DNA from: Terriglobales bacterium
Lineage (GTDB): Bacteria; Acidobacteriota; Terriglobia; Terriglobales; Acidobacteriaceae
Direction: 5' to 3'
Assembly (NCBI GenBank): GCA_030040855.1
Contig: JASHSL010000259.1
Coordinates: forward strand, 1-37,645
DNA: 37,645 bases
In this document: positions 32,564 through 37,645 of the stretch, piece after piece
Layout of the letters: every line of letters begins with the position of its first letter
Numbering within the stretch: the first letter of the stretch is position 1
Notes under the pieces: generated by a model
Told to the model about the DNA's origin: nothing
Databases searched by the model: none
What the model saw: only the letters and a program-made list of their open reading frames with translations
Made by a program: the position numbers and the translations under genes

Positions 32564-33940
32564 TCAATCTCCTGCTTTGCTGATGGTCGAAACATGCAAC
32601 TTCTCGATCCGGACCTTCGCGATCCGGTGACCTTCCATTTCCTCGACCACAAAGCGGTGTCCCTCGTAATCAAAGCCTTCGCCGACCGTGGGAATCCTCT
32701 GCAAGCGAGCCAGCACGAATCCCGCCAGGGTTTCAAAACCGGCATCCCGTGGGAGCTCAAGTTCATATTGGATTTCGAGATCGCGGAGTCCCACCGACCC
32801 GTCGAGAACCAGGGCAAGGTCCGATTGCTGGCTGGAAGCTTGCGTCGCAACCTCGAGTTGGTCCCGTTCGTCTTCGATCTCTCCCACGAGTTGCTGCAAG
32901 ACGTCCTCTATGGTGATGACGCCGGCCGTCGAACCGAACTCATCGACGACCACCGCCAGGTGCCGCTTGCGCTTTCTGAATTCTTCGAGCAACTCGGTCA
33001 ATACCTTGGTCTCGGGAACAACCAGCACGTCGCGCATGATCTGGCTGATCTTCATGCCAGAGATCCGGCCCACCCCGGGTTGTACCAGGTTCGCCGTCAG
33101 TCGCAGCCGGGTCCAGCGCATCAGGTCCTTGGCATAAAGCACGCCCACAATGTGTTCCGGCCCGCTCTGCGGGTCATAGACTGGAACCCGCGAATGCTGA
33201 CCCTCGACCATCCGCGATAAGGCCTCATCGAGCGTCAGATCCCCGGACAGGGAAAAAATGTCGGGCCGGGGCACCATCACCTCGCGGACGGTGATGCTTT
33301 CGAGCTCGAGCGCATGATGGATGACCTCCTCCTGAAACTTCGGAATCTGACCAAATTGACAGCTGGCGGTCACAATGAGCTTGAGTTCGTCGGGCGAATG
33401 CACCGGACCCTGGCGAAGTCTGCGCGAGCCAAACAGGCGCAGCACCGAGCCGGCCGCGCTACCCAGGACGAAGTTCAGCGGGCGGGTCAAAGTGAGAAAT
33501 ACATCGAGCGGGGCGGCCACCGCCAAAGCTATCTGCTCCCCTCTTTGTAAAGCCAAGGACTTCGGCACCAGCTCGCCCAGAATCACATGCAGGCAGGTGA
33601 TAAGAATGAATGCCACCGCGATCGCCAGGCCGTGGGCGTACATCTGAGAATGCGGAGCCCCCGCGAGGAAAGCTTCAAACATACGCGCCAGCCGAGGTTC
33701 TCCCACCCAACCGAGGGTCAGGCTAACGATCGTGATTCCCAGCTGCACCCCGTTGACCACTTCGTCGAGGTTACGGTGTAGCCTCTGAACGATGCGGGCG
33801 CCTATGCGCCGGGCCTCGATTAGCTCCTGGATGCGGGTATCGCGAATGCTCACCAAAGCAAATTCGGCGGCCGCAAAGAAAGCATTGGCCGCAACCAGGA
33901 GCAGAATGAGAACTACCGGGAGCGGCCCGTATGTGAACAT
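32564..33940 (-). CDS. CNNM (DUF21) - CBS pair - CorC/HlyC family membrane protein (putative divalent cation efflux / hemolysin-like)
   Basis: N-terminal DUF21 with about 4 TM segments (FFAAAEFALVS), CBS pair region (VREVMVPRPD...HSRVPVY), and a C-terminal CorC_HlyC-like domain (TLAGFVLARLQRIPTVGE). Confidence 0.85.
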   Translation of the reverse strand: MFTYGPLPVVLILLLVAANAFFAAAEFALVSIRDTRIQELIEARRIGARIVQRLHRNLDEVVNGVQLGITIVSLTLGWVGEPRLARMFEAFLAGAPHSQMYAHGLAIAVAFILITCLHVILGELVPKSLALQRGEQIALAVAAPLDVFLTLTRPLNFVLGSAAGSVLRLFGSRRLRQGPVHSPDELKLIVTASCQFGQIPKFQEEVIHHALELESITVREVMVPRPDIFSLSGDLTLDEALSRMVEGQHSRVPVYDPQSGPEHIVGVLYAKDLMRWTRLRLTANLVQPGVGRISGMKISQIMRDVLVVPETKVLTELLEEFRKRKRHLAVVVDEFGSTAGVITIEDVLQQLVGEIEDERDQLEVATQASSQQSDLALVLDGSVGLRDLEIQYELELPRDAGFETLAGFVLARLQRIPTVGEGFDYEGHRFVVEEMEGHRIAKVRIEKLHVSTISKAGD

Positions 33941-33949
33941 GGATGGCTA

Positions 33950-33958
33950 ATTCTAACA
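33950..33958 (-). promoter_or_regulatory. Extended -10-like TGTTAGAAT, 9 nt upstream of the CNNM gene ATG
   Basis: The minus strand reads TGTTAGAATTAGCCATCC-ATG. There is no SD. The architecture is almost identical to the rimO upstream region. Confidence 0.45.
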
Positions 33959-34017
33959 TTCCAAAGGGAGTAGCAGGCAGGCAGATTACCGAGGTAGTAC
34001 CGTTGCCCGTAGCCGCA

Positions 34018-34025
34018 TGTAGAAT
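34018..34025 (+). promoter_or_regulatory. Putative -10-like TGTAGAAT in the divergent region upstream of the adaptor gene
   Basis: TAGAAT at 34020-34025 is directly preceded by TG. It lies 227 nt upstream of GTG 34253. Confidence 0.3.
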
Positions 34026-34252
34026 AAGATCTTACGCCGGAAGCTCGATTCCCAATTCACCCAGGATTGGCCTGCTCGGTTTTGAGAAGTTCTCGGCGTG
34101 GTTCTGCTTACATTTTTGAAATTGCCAGGTCTAACGCTTCAAAAAGGAGATAATGGGCAAGGTGCCCGACAGGAACTCCCGGAACAAATTCCATTCTGGT
34201 CTCGTAATTAAGGGTCAGGACGAAGGGTAGACCGTCGCCCGAGGAGGCCCAG

Positions 34253-35467
34253 GTGAACGGCAGCGGCAATCATAAAAAGAAGCGGCGCAAACGCATCATC
34301 GCCGTCAGCGTCGTGGTGGGGGTTCTACTGCTCTTTGTGGGCGCCCTCACCGCCTTTACGCGGGGCGGTACCAAGATTGATCCCAGCAAGTTAGCGAAGG
34401 TGGAGAAGGGGGACTTGGCAAAAAGTGTGGTGGCAACCGGGAAAGTCACCCCCATCACCAAGGTCGAGATCAAGTCCAAGGCCAGCGGCATTGTGAAGAA
34501 GCTTCTGGTGGAATACGGCGACCAGGTCAAACGGGGCCAGCTGCTAGCCCAGTTGGATAAGGATGAGATTCAGGCCCAAGTAGATCAGTCTCGCGCAGCC
34601 TTGCAAGCCGCCGAGGCGAGCCTTGCCAGTTCCGAGGCCGATTCCGAGCGCGCCATGGTGGACGCGGAAGGACCCGACGTTCCCTTGCTCAAGCGGCAGT
34701 ACGAACGTGCCGTCGAAATGGCCAAAGACGGAGTGGTTTCCGAGTCCGCGCTCGACGACGCCGACCGCAATTACAAAATGGCGTTGAACAAGCAGAATGT
34801 CGCGAAGGCCCAAGTCACGGTGCTCAAGGCTAAGATTCGCCAGTCGGAGGCGGAGGTGGCCAAGGACAAAGCCAATCTGGCGCAGCTCGAAGAGCAGCTC
34901 AGCTACACCGACATCGTTTCACCGATCGACGGCATCGTGTTGTCGCGAGACGTCGAGATCGGCGACGCGGTGAGCTCGATTCTGGTGCTCGGCTCCTCCG
35001 CCACTCTGGTGATGACTCTAGGCGACACCAGCCAGGTGTATGTCAAGGGGAAGGTCGACGAAAGCGATATCGGCAAGGTTTATCTCGGGCAGCCAGCGCG
35101 AATCAAGGTGGAATCGTTCAAGGACAAAACCTTCTACGGCAAGGTGACCAAAATCTCTCCGATGGGTGTCGAGAAGGACAACGTGACCACCTTCGAAGTG
35201 CGTGTGTCGATCAACAATCCGGGGGGAGAGCTGAAAGCCGAGATGACCGCCAACGCAGAAATCATTCTGGAAGAACACAAGAATGTACTGCAGATTCCGG
35301 AAGGGGCCATTCTCTACGATAAGGACAAGCAAGCCTCGGTCGAAGTACCCGATCCCAAAGCCAAAGACGGCAAGAGGAAGGTCGCGGTGAATATCGGCAT
35401 CTCGAATGGAGCGAAGACCGAGCTCCTCAGCGGCCTGAAGGAAGGCGACCAAGTGGTGTTGCAGTGA
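34253..35467 (+). CDS. Periplasmic adaptor (membrane fusion protein), HlyD/MacA-like
   Basis: N-terminal Lys/Arg-rich stretch plus a single TM. Then a lipoyl-like motif (GIVKKLLVEYGDQVKRGQLLAQLD), a long coiled-coil hairpin, beta-barrel and membrane-proximal regions. GTG start with GAGGAGG 6 nt upstream. Confidence 0.85.
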   Translation: MNGSGNHKKKRRKRIIAVSVVVGVLLLFVGALTAFTRGGTKIDPSKLAKVEKGDLAKSVVATGKVTPITKVEIKSKASGIVKKLLVEYGDQVKRGQLLAQLDKDEIQAQVDQSRAALQAAEASLASSEADSERAMVDAEGPDVPLLKRQYERAVEMAKDGVVSESALDDADRNYKMALNKQNVAKAQVTVLKAKIRQSEAEVAKDKANLAQLEEQLSYTDIVSPIDGIVLSRDVEIGDAVSSILVLGSSATLVMTLGDTSQVYVKGKVDESDIGKVYLGQPARIKVESFKDKTFYGKVTKISPMGVEKDNVTTFEVRVSINNPGGELKAEMTANAEIILEEHKNVLQIPEGAILYDKDKQASVEVPDPKAKDGKRKVAVNIGISNGAKTELLSGLKEGDQVVLQ

Positions 35468-35472
35468 ACCAC

Positions 35473-35498
35473 GGCACGAGCAGAGGCGTGCTGTTTCT
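35473..35498 (+). terminator. Weak terminator-like hairpin between the adaptor and DUF4097 genes
   Basis: GGCACG-agcagagg-CGTGCT forms 5-6 bp and is followed by GTTTCT. It begins 6 nt after the adaptor stop. Confidence 0.3.
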
Positions 35499-35579
35499 AG
35501 CCGAACTGGGATCCACTCCTTTGCTTGCTTGTGTCTTAACTTAGCCCGTGCTCGGTGGTCTGGAGCAAAAGACAGGGAT

Positions 35580-36509
35580 ATGCGCGGTTTGATTCGCCCA
35601 GCGAGGGCATTTCTGGTTCTCGCCTTGTTGCTTGCGAGTGGGCTGGCCGCTACGGCGTCAGACGGAGATTCTTTTGTGCGCACTTATACGGTCACTGGCG
35701 CCGTCGATCTGGAAGTGCGGGTCCACTCCGGCGATGTTTCTGTTCGTGCCGATACGCCCGGCATGGTGACCATCCGGGGCAAGGTTCACGTCAGGGATCT
35801 CCGGCGTCGGGACCACCGTACGGCCGATGTGAACGAAATTGTCAAGGATCCGCCCATCCGGCAGTCAGGGAACAGCCTTCATGTCGATGATCTTAACGAC
35901 AACGACATTTCCATCGATTATGAGATCACGGTGCCGCCTGATACTGCTCTGCACACGCACAGCGGTTCCGGGAACCAGAGGCTGGAAGGGCTGCGAGGAA
36001 CGGTTGAGTTGGAGACGGGCTCGGGGGATCTACGACTGCGGGACGTTGTTACCAGCCGAGTGCGCCTGCATAGCGACTCGGGAGATATCGAGGCGGAGGA
36101 GATTTCCGGCTCGTTTACCGCCGAAACCGGAAGCGGCAACATCCGTTTGGAGGAGAAAGGGGAGGGGGATGTGCACCTCCGCACCGGGTCCGGCAACATC
36201 GAGGTGCAGGGCATGAAAGGAGCACTGTGGGCGGAATCTGGCAGTGGGGACACCGAGATCTCGGGGGTAAACAGCGGCCCTTGGGAGGTTAGGACAGGCT
36301 CCGGGGATGTCGATCTGTCACTGCCTGCGGAAGCCGCCTTCGATTTAGAAGCTACGACGGGCTCGGGCAGCGTCCTCACCGACCGTATCGTCTCCATGAC
36401 GGTTCAGGGTGATCTCCGGAAGTCCCAACACACAATTCGAGGCAAGGTAGCAGGCGGCGGACCCCAACTTTCGGTCCACACGGGATCGGGAGACATTCGC
36501 ATTCACTGA
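35580..36509 (+). CDS. Secreted DUF4097-like beta-helix repeat protein
   Basis: Signal peptide MRGLIRPARAFLVLALLLASGLAATA/SD begins at ATG 35580; the track start at 35529 adds 17 non-signal aa. About nine repeats of 18-20 aa follow, centred on (T/S)GSGD/N-hydrophobic-x-hydrophobic (GSGDLRL, GSGNIRL, GSGNIEV, GSGDTEI, GSGDVDL, GSGDIRI). Confidence 0.75.
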   Translation: MRGLIRPARAFLVLALLLASGLAATASDGDSFVRTYTVTGAVDLEVRVHSGDVSVRADTPGMVTIRGKVHVRDLRRRDHRTADVNEIVKDPPIRQSGNSLHVDDLNDNDISIDYEITVPPDTALHTHSGSGNQRLEGLRGTVELETGSGDLRLRDVVTSRVRLHSDSGDIEAEEISGSFTAETGSGNIRLEEKGEGDVHLRTGSGNIEVQGMKGALWAESGSGDTEISGVNSGPWEVRTGSGDVDLSLPAEAAFDLEATTGSGSVLTDRIVSMTVQGDLRKSQHTIRGKVAGGGPQLSVHTGSGDIRIH

Positions 36510-36525
36510 GACTCCTCGACTCGAG

Positions 36526-36550
36526 GACGAGCAAACGGCTCGTGTCTTTC
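36526..36550 (+). terminator. Possible intrinsic terminator after the DUF4097 gene
   Basis: ACGAGC-aaacg-GCTCGT forms a 6-bp stem followed by GTCTTTCC. It lies 17 nt after the TGA at 36507-36509. Confidence 0.4.
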
Positions 36551-36620
36551 CAACACTTCTCTGCCGAAACCACTTGGGCTCCCTCGACTGAGGCCTTCAT
36601 TTACAGCGATTGACTTCGTC

Positions 36621-36629
36621 TGTTAGAGT
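36621..36629 (+). promoter_or_regulatory. Extended -10-like TGTTAGAGT upstream of the aminotransferase gene
   Basis: It differs by one base from TGTTAGAAT. It lies 47 nt upstream of GTG 36677 and is followed by a 7-bp GC hairpin (36632-36648) and GGGAGG. Confidence 0.35.
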
Positions 36630-36676
36630 TTTGCGGCCGGAGGCCGCATCAGGTGTTGGCCCGGGCGGGAGGTATC

Positions 36677-37645
36677 GTGCGCATTGACTTGTTTCACATG
36701 GAGAGGGCGCAGTGTTTGTATGAGAATGAGGTTGAATATAACCTCTCAGAAAGCGGCGTTCGCCCTCTGCGTTTGGAAGATTTGTTGGAAGGAGAGGATC
36801 CAGCCCGCTTTCTGTCTCAGGCCCTAAAATATCCCGCATCCAATGGATCGCCGGAACTGCGTGAGCGGATTGCCCAATTCCACGGTGCCACAGCCGAACA
36901 AGTCTTAGTGACGAACGGCGGTTCGGAGGCCAACTATACCGCCCTCTGGGGTTTGCTTGAAAAGGGGGATCGGACCGCGGTCATGCTGCCCAATTATTTG
37001 CAAACTTGGGGACTGGCCCGCGCCTACGGCGGCACCGCGGACGCCTTTCACCTGGTGGAGCGTCAGGAAAATGGCAGGATGCGCTGGGCACTTGATGTCG
37101 AGAGCCTACAACGCGCGGTCAGCCGCAGGACGCGTCTGATTGTGGTCACCAATCCCAATAACCCGACGGGTACGGTCCTTACCGAGCCGGAAATGGATGC
37201 GGTAGTTCGTGCTGCCCGCAAGGTCAATGCGTGGCTTCTCGCGGATGAGATCTACCGCGGTGCCGAAGTGGATGGCCCGATCTCGCCCACTTTCTGGGGA
37301 CGGTACGACAAACTACTTCTGACCTCAGGACTCTCCAAGGCCTTCGGCCTGCCAGGCCTGCGCATTGGATGGATCGTTGGGCCAGCAAAAACCGTGGCCA
37401 ACCTCTGTCACTACCGCGACTACACGACACTGACCCCGAACTACCTTTCCGACCGTCTTGCCTGCATGGTCATGGACCCAGCCCGCCGGCAAAAGACCTT
37501 GCAGCGAACTCGGGACATCATCCGGGCGCACCTGCCACGCCTCGAAAGCTGGATCCATAGTCATGATGATATCTTTACTTATATCCCGCCGAGAGCGGGC
37601 GCCATTGCTTTTTTCCGCTACAGGCTTCCGATCTCATCCTCTGCG
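36677..37645 (+). CDS. Class I/II PLP-dependent aminotransferase; C-terminus beyond the window
   Basis: My own translation from GTG 36677 (GGGAGG 4 nt upstream) reads VRIDLFHMERAQCLYENEVEYNLSESG...VTNGGSEANY...VVTNPNNPTG...LTSGLSKAFGLPGLRIGW (PLP lysine motif). The frame stays open to the window end. Confidence 0.85.
   Translation, partial: MRIDLFHMERAQCLYENEVEYNLSESGVRPLRLEDLLEGEDPARFLSQALKYPASNGSPELRERIAQFHGATAEQVLVTNGGSEANYTALWGLLEKGDRTAVMLPNYLQTWGLARAYGGTADAFHLVERQENGRMRWALDVESLQRAVSRRTRLIVVTNPNNPTGTVLTEPEMDAVVRAARKVNAWLLADEIYRGAEVDGPISPTFWGRYDKLLLTSGLSKAFGLPGLRIGWIVGPAKTVANLCHYRDYTTLTPNYLSDRLACMVMDPARRQKTLQRTRDIIRAHLPRLESWIHSHDDIFTYIPPRAGAIAFFRYRLPISSSA

Noticed and set aside
1-37645. 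Search for CRISPR arrays, IS elements or transposases, integrases, phage genes, toxin-antitoxin pairs, and tRNA or rRNA genes
   Set aside because: I found no regularly spaced direct repeats, no terminal inverted repeats flanking a transposase-like ORF, no recombinase motifs, and no tRNA cloverleaf or rRNA-like stretches when reading both strands. The low-GC block has no visible mobility genes or flanking repeats.

Overview
High-GC bacterial chromosomal segment. Hand counts give about 60-72% GC in most genes. Gene content and style fit Acidobacteriota, but that is a guess. I support 30 protein genes and one RNA gene, mostly housekeeping. They include a two-gene ergothioneine pair (egtB-egtD, ATGA overlap), a YaeI-type metallophosphoesterase, mobA, ribD-ribE and ftsY. 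Also present are a Cache/HAMP/HD-GYP c-di-GMP phosphodiesterase, plsY-gpsA (ATGA overlap), thpR, cinA, pgpA, yacG, rimO and a TgpA-like transglutaminase. The rest are fabH, lpxB, a dppBC-like permease pair, a CNNM/CorC protein, an orphan HlyD-type adaptor, a DUF4097 beta-helix protein and a class I/II aminotransferase (partial). The ORF track cannot show a 4.5S-type SRP RNA (about 20832-20936, +), which explains part of a 443-bp ORF-free gap. The most unusual content is a lower-GC block at about 22.1-29.1 kb. It holds an ABC ATPase and a 1204-aa protein in which an internally duplicated ABC-2 permease (12+1 TM segments by eye) is fused to an intact M1 zinc metallopeptidase that is probably periplasmic. 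Convergent to these is a secreted M1 homologue whose zinc/catalytic motifs are degenerate (NTIAH...D instead of HEXXH...E), fused to TPR repeats. A recurrent extended -10-like element (TGnTAGAAT and close variants) precedes many transcription units. It sits only 6-11 nt from the start codons of rimO, the CNNM gene and mobA, with no Shine-Dalgarno, which suggests leaderless mRNAs. I saw no CRISPR array, IS or integrase, tRNA or rRNA. All calls rest on reading the sequence and translations by eye. No database search was run.
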